Positions 38,621 to 52,992 of a stretch of DNA of 64,000 nt are shown here, in pieces. The position numbers and the translations under genes are program-made. Within the stretch, counting starts at the first letter, position 1; each line of letters starts with the position of its first letter. This stretch comes from Nemertoderma westbladi (lineage: Eukaryota > Animalia > Xenacoelomorpha). The notes under the pieces are model-generated. The model saw nothing but the letters and a program-made list of their open reading frames with translations, made no database searches and had not been told where the DNA came from. Location: NCBI GenBank assembly GCA_032718475.1, contig JAUCBJ010000256.1:1-64000 (forward strand), read 5' to 3'.

Positions 38621-39749
38621 AGAAAGTGAGTGAAATCAGAAAAAACTAAAATACGCATTAACATAAAACGTCAATTAATTTAAATGAGAGACCTGTAAGG
38701 ACTATCACAACCAAAAGTGCAGCTATATGATAGATCCTCTATCAACAGTGATAGACACTCACTCAATCACGACTCAATGGGCACTCTTGGAAAGAACTCC
38801 AGTGTTATCCGAGGGAATCATTCACAGGTTGTTCGCTGAACCAGTGAAGAATCAGTGACCAGCAACTTGGCAGATGCAAGGATGAACTCTCTGAATCATA
38901 TGGATAATTTAATTAATGCGTGTGAATACCGTGCGTGTGAATGCGTGTTGAATACCTCTATCACCGTGGTTCCATCTATCACCGTGGAACAACTCGTTGG
39001 GGACATTCCAACTCGCAGCTCGCCTCTGCAGTTTCACACACCGACACCGAGTCATACAGGATCAGGATTTAGGTACAACAACAAACTGGCCTGCAGTAGG
39101 CCTAATCCATGGAACAGGGTCGGATGTTCACTTCGCGTGCTACAGTCTCCCCATAACTCGAAGGCTTGTATCCCTACATTGCTAAAATCTACATAGTAGA
39201 AACACGAATGAAACGAAACAATGTCGAGCAAATTCCATTCGACTCGGTTGTAAAGATCTCAATGTTTTCTTGTGACGTGAAATAAACAGCAGCGTACAGA
39301 ATTATGGACCCATTATGGGGAGAGGGATTAGTAATCCGCAATTAAAAGATGAAAATGATTGTTTCCACACCAATCTCGAATCAATCACCCCACATCCGAA
39401 CCAGACAGAAACGTCATCCTTCCTCACTGACACTTTTTACACAGTAAGTAGCAAAGTAGGGCCTACACTATCAACTACATCTCATTACCCAATTATTAAA
39501 CCTGCACTTTTGGCTCTCTGTAGGGCCTAGTGATGCCGAGAGTACTCCGAAAGTCTAAATCTGTTGGCAGCAAATTCTATATCAGCAAAAAGGTGCATTT
39601 ATTTAGATTTTTCCTGAAAATAATACTTCTAATCAATTACCTCACCTATTCCTATAATTATTGGCTCAAATGATCCGCAATGGTCGACTTTTATTGGTGT
39701 TAGTTGGTGGTGTTTAGACACCTCCAAAACAACATAAAAGTGATTGGTT

Positions 39750-40110
39750 CATAAGATAGTGAGCAATATTGAAATGTTGTGATGCTTGAGCATATTGAGC
39801 ATGTAAATGATATCTCTTACATGGGTTTATGGATCAGGAAGTCATTTGGAGACATTTGGCATATGTTAGGGGAAGGAAGGAAGTGTTGAATGGGCTGTCC
39901 ACGTCCAGGATACACATTATCGTACAGAGTATTGATGATCGGATTGGACTAAGGAGTGTTGTTGTGCCAGTGGACACACCTGCAACATAGCGCCCCAGAT
40001 CTCATGTTTAATTGTACACTTTCTATTTCATCCTGTTCAGAAGTTCAGTATCCTTGAGCAGGCTTGAGTAAAGTGATTAGTTGTCCACCATTAGTTGTCC
40101 GTTCCCATTC
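39750..40110 (-). pseudogene. Degraded RTE 3' fragment
   Basis: Minus-strand remnants of RTE C-terminal motifs (PGRGQP at ~39890-39910, GVSTG/HC-like segment). Heavily decayed. Confidence 0.4.
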
Positions 40111-40284
40111 TTACCAGCAGGCTGCCACAATACACGGTTGTGTACGGGTTGATACTGCCAGTGGAAACTGTGTCCAGCAAGCTTCAGTCAATGTCTCTGC
40201 GGGGTGATGTTGTATTTTGGCATTGCAATATTACCATAGTTGTATTACATCCCATTAACATGAACTACCCTGACCTATTAATAG

Positions 40285-40420
40285 GCAGGTTTGTTATTAC
40301 ATCCCATTGCTTAAAAGGGATACTGGACTTGGGAGAAACGAAAATGTGCCAACTATAGGGAATTAGGAAGCCCGGAAAGATCTCATTGCCATACTGTCCG
40401 AGCTCGTTCGACCTAAGTAG
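40285..40420 (+). mobile_element. Short old 3' fragment of the same RTE family as 27826-30846
   Basis: gggatactggacttgggagaaacgaaa...ggaagcccggaaagatctcatt...ctgtccgagctcgttcgacct aligns with 30743-30838. Confidence 0.75.
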
Positions 40421-40447
40421 GCCAACTACCACATTAATCATTCACTA

Positions 40448-41321
40448 TGACATAGATTTAGTATCAATATTCCATAATTTAATACGAGTGATAGATATTA
40501 TTGATCGTTTTAAATAATGTTTCAAAACTGCATTATTTTGCTTAATATTATAAGTTGATTTGAAACATGTTGTCTGTTGAATTATTTTGCTTGATATCAT
40601 TGCTCGATTTAAATAACAGTTGAATTATTTCAACCGATAATTATAGGTCGTATTAAATGTAGTTATTATTTCAGCTGATCTCTTGATGATTTACTTCTCT
40701 GCTTCTATACATGCTTCACTTACCATACCGGTACCACTGTGCGCTGTACAGCTGTACCAGTAAGTACTGCAGTACCCTAAGATAAGGCTACACCAACTAT
40801 ACAGCCAGGAATAACGGTTAGATAGTTAATCGGTAGTTCCCTGAAGCTGACAGCTGCATCTGGACAGAAAGCCACATACTGACATACAGCTAGTCCTGCT
40901 GTCCTGTACTCAGATACTGCAGTACTGGTACAGTGCATAGTGGTACCGGTACGGCGGTAAGTGAAGCATGTGTAGAATCAGGGAAGTGAATCCTCACGAG
41001 ATCAGCTGAAATAATAACTACATTTAATACGACCTATAATTATTATAAGTCGAAATAATTCACTGTCTCATTTAAAACTACCTATAATTATCGGTTGAAA
41101 TAATTCAACTGTTATTTAAATCGAGCAATAATATCAAGCAAAATAATTCAACAGACAACATGTTTTAAATCAACCTATAATATTAAGCAAAATAATTCAG
41201 TTTTGAAACATTATCGAACAATAATATCAAGCGAAATAATTCAGCATGGCAAAAATCATTTAAAACGATCAATAAAATCACTCGTATTAAATTATTGAAT
41301 ATTGATACTAAATGTATGCCA
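40448..41321. mobile_element. Foldback MITE (~870 bp) with long inverted arms and TA flanks (Tc1/mariner-like)
   Basis: 40448-~40770 is the reverse complement of ~40915-41321 with few mismatches and indels. TA at 40446-40447 and 41322-41323. Confidence 0.85.
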
Positions 41322-42375
41322 TAACCATTACAAAGAATTCGGCACCGCAGACATAGGCCTACATGAATTACTGGAACAATAATTTATATAAGTGAATAAT
41401 TGTTGTAATTTCTGAACATAATAATGAAATTTCTACCAACACGTTCTTCCTACTAAAAAGGCGTGATATATACCAGCCGTTATATAGAAGGCTGATAGGG
41501 ATTTCGGCACAGTACAAAGAGAAAACGATATCAGTAAATAAATAATTGCCTTACTGTCTCTGAATAAATGCTCAGCATAACAGAGTGCAAATTACTGATA
41601 CTCTGCAATGAGGTTTTTATGGATTAGTCTAGACATGTTTAATGACTATGTCTAACTAGTTACGTTAAGTTGAAGGTACAGATAATACAAATTTTACATA
41701 TAATTTAAAAAAAAAATAAAAATTGAGGGGTTAGAATCCCAAACACATTTAAAGGGGAGTAGCACACCCAAATGTAGCCTCACATTTCCTAAAATTGGGT
41801 GGAAATTATTTTTGGGTCACTAAACATCGTCTGGTTGTTTAAGAATAGCCAAACGTAAAATTGGCCACAAAATGGCCCTGTAATGGCCAAGCATGCCTTT
41901 TTGCGCCAAAGGCTATTATTTCTCCACCAATATTTGTTGGAATTTGTCGACATTCAGAATATAAGTTCAGAAGACCCTTGCATCCAATTATTCTTTATTT
42001 TTTTTATATGAAAATGGTTTGGGGCCATTTTAGACCAAAAAGGGTCTTTTTGGTTTAAAAATGAATTTGGCATTTCAAGCCAAATTTATTCAAGAATTAT
42101 GGACAAAAGATATTCTGAACAAGTGTTCCAAATTTCAACTCATTTCAGTTAAAATTAGCAGAGAAATTGCCTTTTTTATGAAGAAAACTTCATTCTGAGA
42201 TATCGGTGTTTAAATTTTTAGGAACAATTCAAAATAATATCATTTTTTTGTTCCACAATAACTTTGTCAAAAATGAATGAAATTCAACGAAATTTCTTTT
42301 TAGCAATTTTATTGGCCCATGTGAGGGCATGTCATTGGCCCAGACTTTCTGCCGTTATATTTCACTTTGCAGTTA

Positions 42376-42617
42376 CCCCATGTGAAGAATACCAGGTTTT
42401 CACCAAAAATACAGGTTACAGAAGGGCTAAATCTAACCAAAACAATAAACGAATTAGTATACAGGCTGTATGTACAAGTTATACAATAAGACAGAAATAA
42501 GCACTATAAAACACTTAATAAAGATAAATAAAAATAAATAAAAAATCTTCTTATATAAAATTCCAATAAAATGTCGACCGAAAGAAAAGTGAAATCCTGA
42601 TATTCTTCACATGGGCG
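42376..42617. mobile_element. Small inverted-repeat element (MITE-like)
   Basis: ccccatgtgaagaataccaggttttcac versus gtgaaatcctgatattcttcacatggg (~27-bp imperfect IR). No clear TSD. Confidence 0.5.
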
Positions 42618-43541
42618 ATTTTATTCATATCTGTTCCATATTTTTTTCGAATTACGGAGGTAATCTCCACAAAAGTTATCGGTTAAAATTTTATTTAAAA
42701 TAGCCTTTTTATGAAAATTAATTAAATATAAAAATTCCAACCGATAACTTTTAAAAAACTGCCGAAACCCTTTCGCATCCTTTCGAGATATAAATAAAAT
42801 TGGTTAAAAATGGCGGAGGAGAAGTAATTTGAAAAATATAATATTATTATTATTATCATTCCGAGATAATTGCCTTCAAATTTTAAACCTTCCCGGCAGA
42901 ACTGAACTTAATCATTTCTGGCATGATAGAAGCACATCACCGGGCTAAAACTTTCATTATAGGGGTTTTCGGGGTCGCTGATATCAATTCCAATGTCAAT
43001 TTTAAGGTTTACTGGAATCTAGTCTGTTTGTCTGTCTGTAGTTGTCTGCCTGTCTTACAATTTGACTGACAGACCATCATATAGAAAAACGATAACTAAC
43101 GATAAAGCGATAACTCGAGAACTAAAAGAGGTTTCGCTAAGCGGTTTTCAGAATTGAAATCCTTAAATTAAATTAAATTAAATTAAATAAAAAACATATT
43201 GAATCTTCAATATTTTCATGCATTCTAATATTTTCATTATTTCGACGGTGGGATTCCATTTTTACTCACCGTTATAACCAAACCGAATACCATATTGGCC
43301 AATTAATTGACAAATAACTATCATTTATTAATAACCGTACTAATTAAAACCGAATTACAATGAACCAATAAACAAAATACGGCACCGGTAGGCAAGAAAA
43401 ATATAATTAAATCCATTATAAAATATTTCGTTGGTGTCACTAATAAACAATATATAGGAATATTTTCTAGGTAATGATTAAACGCACTTCAGTACCATAT
43501 TCGCATAAAGAAGGAATGAATTTATCCATTGTTCTAGAACA

Positions 43542-43788
43542 TCAACATTCCTCGCTGAAGTGTCTTTCTTTAACCAACGCTCTACCAACAGACCCATGTC
43601 TGGCTCTATACCGGACGTATAAAGTAGACTTAGGAACTTTAAACTTCCTAGCCGCCGGCATTATTCCCATGTGACCATCCACAACAGCTCTTAGTGCCGC
43701 CTCTAGCGTCTCCTCTGAATATTGGCGAAAGGGACGTTTTGTACCTTCGATACGCCAGGGAACTCTGTCATGATTAGAACGCTCGCCT
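43542..43788 (-). CDS. Putative terminal exon C encoding a pipsqueak-type HTH domain
   Basis: Acceptor ttttatttgtctAG|A GGC GAG. Peptide ...RPFRQYSEETLEAALRAVVDGHMGIMPAARKFKVPKSTLYVRYR... then stop. AATAAA on the minus strand at ~43329-43324. Confidence 0.82.
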
Positions 43789-44610
43789 CTAGACAAATAA
43801 AACAGGGAGTCTGTATGACTGTAGAGAGTAGGATATACCAGGAGTCAGACGTAGGACTGAAACCACACATAAATTAGTCTAAAAGAATTACTAATTACAT
43901 ACTATTTATATTCCCAAAAGTAGAACTGTAACCTGTTATATTGACGGAAAAAGATGTCACTGAACCCTGTTGCTTTCTCTTAATTTATAATTACTTAAAA
44001 TTGAGACGAGATATTAAATAGCTGACACTTGGATTTGGGTGCCCCCCCCCCCCCCCCCCCCCCAAGGTTTCTATACATTCATATTACCTCATTGGTTTGT
44101 TTAAAACAAATATATAATTAATCATGGAATTTAATTAAATAAACTATTATTACTGTATATATAATAGGCCTAAGATACACCTAAAAATACTTAAAACAGC
44201 AATATAAAACGGACTTTGACATGAATTCCACAATGGTAAAATAAACTATTACTGGCCTGTAAAAAGTTGTAGTTTATAGGACCTGCCAAATAAATAGGTA
44301 AATTATATTGGTGGTCAAATTTATTGGAAAAACCAAATTAACGGTAACTGTGGGTAAGCATATCTTAAATGTGATGTTATTATAATTACAAAATTAATAT
44401 TAAAAGAAAGGGGCGTTCACAAACTGTCACGCAAGCCCAGTCGGAAAGTAATAAGTAAATTACAGGAGAAAATATTTATTAAATAATAATATTATTAATA
44501 AAGATTTCATAAATTTACGGCAAATACAGCGGAATCATATTTTATTTTATTTAGCAAAATATTAAAAATCAGTAATTAATGTAGAGTTAATAAGGATAGG
44601 TAGGAATATA

Positions 44611-45398
44611 ACCCCCCCCCCACCCCCCCCCCCCCTCCACCCCAAATTGTTCTAAAAATATTAATGAGATTGCATGAAATTTGAAACAACGATAGTTTCA
44701 CCTACCTCCTCCTCCTCATCCTCCGTTAATGAATGAGCCAGAATTTATATTTTTGCTTTCAATTTTTAGCTATAAGCGTTTTAAAAGGTGTCCCCAGTGA
44801 TATTTCACTAGTTACAGTGAAGTTATTATTCAACCTTATATAGTTATATAGTTATTTGTTGGTACCAATGGAAAGCTGGCCATGCAAGGATTCCAAAAAT
44901 GTTAAGACATTTTAATTTGGTTGGGAAATAGCAAAGATATGGGGGCATGCTTCCGCTGCAGGCCTTTTATTCTATTTAATAAATACACAATATTCTGGTG
45001 TTTGTCGCATACTGTAAGTAGCTGGGCAACAAAGCAATAGCTCTATAATCAATCATAGTTTTACCTACCTATTAATACATAAACAAAATGTTCTAGAATA
45101 TTGTTCTAGCCTTGCGCAGTATCAAACCAGGCAACTTTCTAACACTTATCTCAGCTACTTTTAAACGACCATCCAGCTTTTTAACATAACAGCACCAACA
45201 AATCACTTTAAGGTTGAAGAATAACTGCGGTGTAACTGGTGCAATATCGTAGGAGACACCTTTTTTTAAACGCATGTAGCTAAAAATTGAAAGCCAAAAA
45301 ATTCTGACTCACCCACCCAGGAGTTGCATAAAGCTATCTCTATTTAAATATCATACAATTCCAGTTAGATTTGTAAACATTTCTTTTGGGTGGGGGGC
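44611..45398. mobile_element. Old foldback/MITE-like element
   Basis: 44734-44838 is an imperfect reverse complement of ~45208-45310. C-rich left end and G-rich right end. Boundaries approximate. Confidence 0.6.
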
Positions 45399-45667
45399 AG
45401 GTCCCAGCACTATATTCCAACACACGGTGTAGTAGGATACAACACAACTACAGGAAAGGATGATTGATGTATTATAATAATAACAACTCAATAATCAGTA
45501 TAAGTTACTTTACTCAATAATTTGATACCAATGTTGAACTTTATGTAAAGTCAACTAGTTTTATAAATAGGAAAAAATTAAAAAAAGCACATCACATATC
45601 AATAAACGAAACACTGAAAACAATTAAAAGTTACGACTGTATGTGAGCAAAACGGCGTAAAAGTTAA

Positions 45668-45989
45668 TTAACTATCTGGATATATATCCACACTTTTAGA
45701 CTCCGGTATTAAATCGTACGTAGTCTCGAGTGATTGGTTGACAGTGACGTCATTAATTTGGTTTTCAGCCGCGGTTCTAATCTCACCAGAGACAGCGACG
45801 CTTTTAATGTTATCATATAGCGTCGACTTGGGTATATTATACAAAGCCGCGACCTTCCTGACTGGTATACGTTTCCATAGAACAGCAGTAATGGCCTCCT
45901 CCAATGCCTCCTTGGAGTACTGGCGTTGAGAGAAAGTCTTGGTGGAGCGAGTAGACCACCTCCAGTCCGGAAGACTAACATTGGGTTTC
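45668..45989 (-). CDS. Putative terminal exon B encoding a pipsqueak-type HTH domain
   Basis: Acceptor tatatttatgtAG|G AAA CCC. Peptide ...RQYSKEALEEAITAVLWKRIPVRKVAALYNIPKSTLYDNIK... then stop at 45668-45670. Confidence 0.82.
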
Positions 45990-46188
45990 CTACATAAATA
46001 TAATATCAACCGCTATTGCAATATATATCTATATACATCAATAAATCCATTTTATTCGAAAATATAAATATTATGTAACTCCATAGGTAGAAGAGGATGT
46101 AGATACTGTAGTAGATAACTTTATATGACGGGTGACTTTATAAGGCGGGTGAGAAATGTTTTTACGACGGGTGAGAATCCAATAGAGT

Positions 46189-49100
46189 ACAGGTACACCC
46201 GGTAAGGTAACCCACACAGGTACACCCGGTAAGGTAACCCACAAAGGTACACACGGTAAGGTAACCCACACAGGTACACCCGATAAGGTAACCCACACAG
46301 GTACACCCGGTAAGGTAACCCACACAGGTACACCCGGTAAGGTAACCCACACAGGTACACCCGGTAAGGTAACCCACACAGGTACACCCGATAAGGTAAC
46401 TCACACAGATACACCCGGTAAAGGTAACCCACACAGGTACACCCGGTAAAGGTAACACACACAGGTACACCCGGTAAATTAACCCACATAGGTACACCCG
46501 ATAAGGTAACCCACACAGGTACACCCGGTAAGGTAACCCACACAGGTACACCCGATAAGGTAACCCACACAGATACACCCGGTAAAGGTAACCCACACAG
46601 GTACACCCGCTAAGGTAACCCACACAGGTACACCCGGTAAAGGCAACCCACACAGTACACCCGGTAAAGTAACCCACACAGGTACACCCGGTAAGGTAAC
46701 CCACACAGGTAAACCCGGTAAGGTAACCCACACATGTACACCCGGTAAGGTAACCCACCCAGGTACACCCGGTAAGGTAACCCACACAGGTACACCCGGT
46801 AAAGGTAACCCACACAGGTACACCCGTTAAAGTAACCCACACAGGTACATCCGGTAAGGTAACCCACACAGGTACACCCGGTAAGGTAACCCACACAGGT
46901 ACACCCGATAAGGTAACCCACACAGGTACACCCGGTAAGGTAACCCACACAGGTACACCCGGTAAGGTAACCCACACAGGTACACCCGATAAGGTAACCC
47001 ACACAGATACACCCGGTAAAGGTAACCCACACAGGTACACCCGCTAAGGTAACCCACACAGGTACACCCGGTAAAGGCAACCCACACAGGTACACCCGGT
47101 AAAGTAACCCACACAGGTACACCCGGTAAAGGTAACCCACACAGGTACACCCGGTAAGGTAACCCACACAGGTACACCCGGTAAGGTAACCCACACAGGT
47201 ACACCCGGTAAGGTAACCCACACAGGTACACCCGGTAAGGTAACCCACACAGGTACACCCGGTAAGGTAACCCACACAGGTACACCCGATAAGGTAACTC
47301 ACACAGATACACCCGGTAAAGGTAACCCACACAGGTACACCCGGTAAGGTAACCCACACAGGTACACCCGATAAGGTAACCCACACAGGTACACCCGGTA
47401 AGGTAACCCACACAGGTACACCCGGTAAGGTAACCCACACAGGTACACCCGATAAGGTAACCCACACAGATACACCCGGTAAAGGTAACCCACACAGGTA
47501 CACCCGGTAAGGTAAGCCACACAGGTACACCCGGTAAGGTAACCCACACAGGTACACCCGATAAGGTAACCCACACAGGTACACCCGGTAAGGTAACCCA
47601 CACAGGTACACCCGGTAAGGTAACCCACACAGGTACACCCGGTAAGGTAACCCACACAGGTACACCCGATAAGGTAACTCACACAGATACACCCGGTAAG
47701 GTAACCCACACAGGTACACCCGGTAAGGTAACCCACACAGGTACACCCGGTAAGGTAACCCACACAGGTACACCCGATAAGGTAACTCACACAGATACAC
47801 CCGGTAAAGGTAACCCACACAGGTACACCCGGTAAAGGTAACACACACAGGTACACCCGGTAAATTAACCCACATAGGTACACCCGATAAGGTAACCCAC
47901 ACAGGTACACCCGGTAAGGTAACCCACACAGGTACACCCGATAAGGTAACCCACACAGATACACCCGGTAAAGGTAACCCACACAGGTACACCCGCTAAG
48001 GTAACCCACACAGGTACACCCGGTAAAGGCAACCCACACAGTACACCCGGTAAAGTAACCCACACAGGTACACCCGGTAAGGTAACCCACACAGGTAAAC
48101 CCGGTAAGGTAACCCACACATGTACACCCGGTAAGGTAACCCACCCAGGTACACCCGGTAAGGTAACCCACACAGGTACACCCGGTAAAGGTAACCCACA
48201 CAGGTACACCCGTTAAAGTAACCCACACAGGTACATCCGGTAAGGTAACCCACACAGGTACACCCGGTAAGGTAACCCACACAGGTACACCCGATAAGGT
48301 AACCCACACAGGTACACCCGGTAAGGTAACCCACACAGGTACACCCGGTAAGGTAACCCACACAGGTACACCCGATAAGGTAACCCACACAGATACACCC
48401 GGTAAAGGTAACCCACACAGGTACACCCGCTAAGGTAACCCACACAGGTACACCCGGTAAAGGCAACCCACACAGGTACACCCGGTAAAGTAACCCACAC
48501 AGGTACACCCGGTAAAGGTAACCCACACAGGTACACCCGGTAAGGTAACCCACACAGGTACACCCGGTAAGGTAACCCACACAGGTACACCCGGTAAGGT
48601 AACCCACACAGGTACACCCGGTAAGGTAACCCACACAGGTACACCCGGTAAGGTAACCCACACAGGTACACCCGATAAGGTAACTCACACAGATACACCC
48701 GGTAAAGGTAACCCACACAGGTACACCCGGTAAGGTAACCCACACAGGTACACCCGATAAGGTAACCCACACAGGTACACCCGGTAAGGTAACCCACACA
48801 GGTACACCCGGTAAGGTAACCCACACAGGTACACCCGATAAGGTAACCCACACAGATACACCCGGTAAAGGTAACCCACACAGGTACACCCGGTAAGGTA
48901 AGCCACAAAGGTACACACGGTAAGGTAACCCACACAGGTACACCCGATAAGGTAACCCACACAGGTACACCCGGTAAGGTAACCCACACAGGTACACCCG
49001 GTAAGGTAACCCACACAGGTACACCCGGTAAGGTAACCCACACAGGTACACCCGATAAGGTAACTCACACAGATACACCCGGTAAAGGTAACCCACACAG

Positions 49101-49328
49101 GTACACCCGGTAAAGGTAACACACACAGGTACACCCGGTAAATTAACCCACATAGGTACACCCGGTAAGGTAACCCACACAGGTACACCCGGTAAGGTGA
49201 CCCACACAGGTACACCCGATAAGGTAACCCACACAGATACACCCGGTAAAGGTAACCCACACAGGTACACCCGCTAAGGTAACCCACACAGGTACACCCG
49301 GTAAAGGCAACCCACACAGGTACACCCG
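46189..49328. repeat. 27/28-bp tandem array A, consensus GGTAACCCACACAGGTACACCCGGTAA, with 1386-bp higher-order repeat
   Basis: Visible period. Identical variant blocks offset by 1386 bp (ORF starts 47040/48426, 46823/48209, 46606/47992). Confidence 0.97.
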
Positions 49329-50582
49329 TGTAAAAGCCTTTGCTGAATTGCCCCGTTATTTTTATTATCTTTTACATTAAAATACTCTGTAGTTGATTTA
49401 ATAAGTGTAAGAGACCGTATTATTGCTGTATCGGTGTTTTTAGAGGATCTAAGATCTATTTCCTCCGTATGTGTACTGTGAAAGGCATATTTTATGATTC
49501 TATGGCAATTCGTGACGCAAAGGGGTGATAGCTACTCTTGAACAGTAGTTACTATGACTACGGTTAACAGCTGACATTCATACGTGTTGATTTCCTTTGT
49601 TCTACGGCGTCTCTCAGTTCAGTCAGCCAATGAGAGCGTTTTTGTGGCTCCTTGTACAGAAAATTTCCGAGAAATGACGCAATGCCTATGTGCAGTGTTT
49701 ACATTCAGTCTTGAGCCAAAGAAAGAACGGCTTAGAAGTATTTTGTGCTGTACTGCTTTTTAGTCGTACACTAGTAGGTTTAATTATAAAGGGCATATAT
49801 CCTTTAACAAACTGACTACTGCAATTTAACATACCTGATGACTGCTGACTGATCATACATGCTGACTGCTGAAACATTGCAAACTCATAACAATCAGTGT
49901 TCAGTTGTTGTTTTATACTGCTATTTGCGGTCAGTTCTTCATAATATGGTTGATGAATTATTATATTTGGAATAACGATAAACAACCCCGAAACCCAATG
50001 TTCTTGATATACCGAAGGTAAGAGAGAAGGGTTACAGATAAACGATTGTGACTTATGTTAAAGTGGTTTGAAGTGAATCTAATGTTATTTGATAGACCCT
50101 ACATGAGTCAGCCTGTGTTCCTTTTATACGTGACTAAAATCAGTGAAGATTGGCAGATTAGTGTGCAGTATTGTGCAGCATTGTGTATGAGTGAGTCTGT
50201 TAAAGAAGCAATTCCTAAAGAATGCGCCATATATGTGGATTATAATTAAGCCATATCGTTGTGAATAGTTTAAGTCATAACTCTGTTTATGTAGATAAAG
50301 CGCCACGTCCTAAAGGAACTGTTAATATTACCGAAGGTGAATAATATTGTCAGAGATTATATAATACTGTCAGTCGAATAATACATTAGGCTTACATAGC
50401 AATAAAAATTAAACCGTCGAACCCAATCTCCCGGGAATATCCAGCGGGTGAATGGTCGCGCACGGATTGGTTTCGACTAGTGTAGTGAATCAAATACTTG
50501 TCATAGACTAAAAGCAGATTTATTATCTAGAAGACATTCTAATTTGGCGGGTTAAACTGCCAAAGGTCTGAAAGCGCGAACA

Positions 50583-52992
50583 ACCCGGTAAAGTAACCCA
50601 CACAGGTACACCCGGTAAGGTAACCCACACAGGTAAACCCGGTAAGGTAACCCACACATGTACACCCGGTAAGGTAACCCACACAGGTACACCCGGTAAG
50701 GTAACCCACACAGGTACACCCGGTAAAGGTAACCCACACAGGTACAGCCGTTAAAGTAACCCACACAGGTACATCCGGTAAGGTAACCCACACAGGTACA
50801 CCCGGTAAGGTAACCCACACAGGTACACCCGATAAGGTAACCCACACAGGTACTGGTACACCCGGTAAGGTAACCCACACAGGTACACCCGGTAAGGTAA
50901 CCCACACAGGTACACCCGGTAAAGGTAACCCACACAGGTACACCCGGTAAGGTAACCCACACAGGTACACCCGGTAAGGTAACCCACACAGGTACACCCG
51001 GTAAAGGTAACCCACACAGGTACACCCGGTAAGGTAACCCACACAGGTACACCCGGTAAGGTAACCCACACAGGTACACCCGGTAAGGTAACCCACACAG
51101 GTACACCCGATAAGGTAACCCACACAGGTACACCCGGTAAAGGTAACCCACACAGGTACACCCGGTAAGGTAACCCACACAGGTACACCCGGTAAGGTAA
51201 CCCACACGGGTACACCCGGTAAAGGTAACCCACACAGGTACACCCGGTAAGGTAACCCACACAGGTACACCCGGTAAGGTAACCCACACAGGTACACCCG
51301 GTAAAGGTAACCCACACAGGTACACCCGGTAAGGTAACCCACACAGGTACACCCGGTAAGGTAACCCACACAGGTACACCCGGTAAGGTAACCCACACAG
51401 GTACACGCGGTACGGTAACCCACACAGGTACACCCGGTAAGGTAACCCACACAGGTACACCCGATAAGGTAACCCACACAGGTACACCCGGTAAGGTAAC
51501 CCACACAGGTACACCCGGTAAGGTAACCCACACAGGTACACCCGGTAAAGGTAACCCACACAGGTACACCCGGTAAGGTAACCCACACAGGTACACCCGG
51601 TAAGGTAACCCACACAGGTACACCCGGTAAAGGTAACCCACACAGGTACACCCGATAAGGTAACCCACACAGGTACACCCGGTAAGGTAACCCACACAGG
51701 TACACCCGGTAAGGTAACCCACACAGGTACACCCGATAAGGTAACCCACACAGGTACATCCGGTAAAGGTAACCCACACAGGTACACCCGGTAAGGTAAC
51801 CCACACAGGTACACCCGGTAAGGTAACCCACACAGGTACACCCGGTAAGGTAACCCACACAGGTACACCCGGTAAGGTAACCCACACAGGTACACCCGGT
51901 AAGGTAACCCACACAGGTACACCCGGTAAAGGTAACCCACACAGGTACACCCGGTAAGGTAACCCACACAGGTACACCCGGTAAGGTAACCCACACAGGT
52001 ACACCCGGTAAGGTAACCCACACAGGTACACCCGGTAAGGTAACCCACACAGGTACACCCGGTAACGTAACCCACACTGGTACACCCGGTAAGGTAACCC
52101 ACACAGGTACACCCGGTAAGGTAACCCACACAGGTACACCCGGTAAAGGTAGCCCACAGGTACACCCGGTAAAGGTAACCCACACAGGTACACCCGATAA
52201 GGTAACCCACACAGGTACACCCGATAAGGTAACCCACACAGGTACACCCGGTAAAGTAACCCACACAGGTACACCCGCTAAAGGTAACCCACACAGGTAC
52301 ACCCGGTAAGGTAATCCACACAGGTACACCCGATAAGGTAACCCACACAGGTACACCCGGTAAAGGTAACCCACACAGGTACATCCGGTAAGGTAACCCA
52401 CACAGATACACCCGGTAAGGTAACCCACACAGGTACACCCGGTAACCCACACAGGTACACCCGATAAGGTAACCCACACAGGTACACCCGGTAAGGTAAC
52501 CCACACAGGTACACCCGGTAAGGTAACCCACACAGGTACACCCGGTAAGGTAACCCACACAGGTACACCCGGTAAGGTAACCCACACAGGTACACCCGGT
52601 AAAGTAACCCACACAGGTACACCTGGTAAGGTAACCCACACAGATACACCCGGTAAGGTAACCCACACAGGTACACCCGGTAACCCACACAGGTACACCC
52701 GGTAAGGTAACCCACACAGGTACACCCGGTAAGGTAACCCACACAGGTACACCCGATAAGGTAACCCACACAGGTACACCTGGTAAGGTAACCCACACAG
52801 GTACACCCGGTAACCCACACAGGTACACCCGGTAACCCACACAGGTACACCCGGTAACCCACACAGGTACACCCGGTAACCCACACAGGTACACCCGGTA
52901 AGGTAACCCACACAGGTACACCGGGTAAAGTAACCCACACAGGTACACCCGGTAAGGTAACCCACACAGATACACCCGGTAAAGGTAACCCA
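50583..52992. repeat. 27/28-bp tandem array B (same monomer as array A; 22-bp deletion variants near right end)
   Basis: Same monomer and orientation as array A. First ~250 bp share diagnostic variants with 46660-46920. Confidence 0.97.

Noticed and set aside
41749-42880. Kolobok-like element starting TTAA-AGGGG
   Set aside because: No matching right terminus found.
45780-45790. Donor-like G|GTGAGA after the psq domain of exon B, suggesting B splices onward to C
   Set aside because: It would be a phase-1 donor, incompatible in frame with the phase-2 acceptor of exon C; not excluded without RNA data.
49686-50306. Short ORFs between the two 27-bp arrays (also 55332-55541 and 38855-39196)
   Set aside because: No recognisable domain, and no psq motif found on manual translation.
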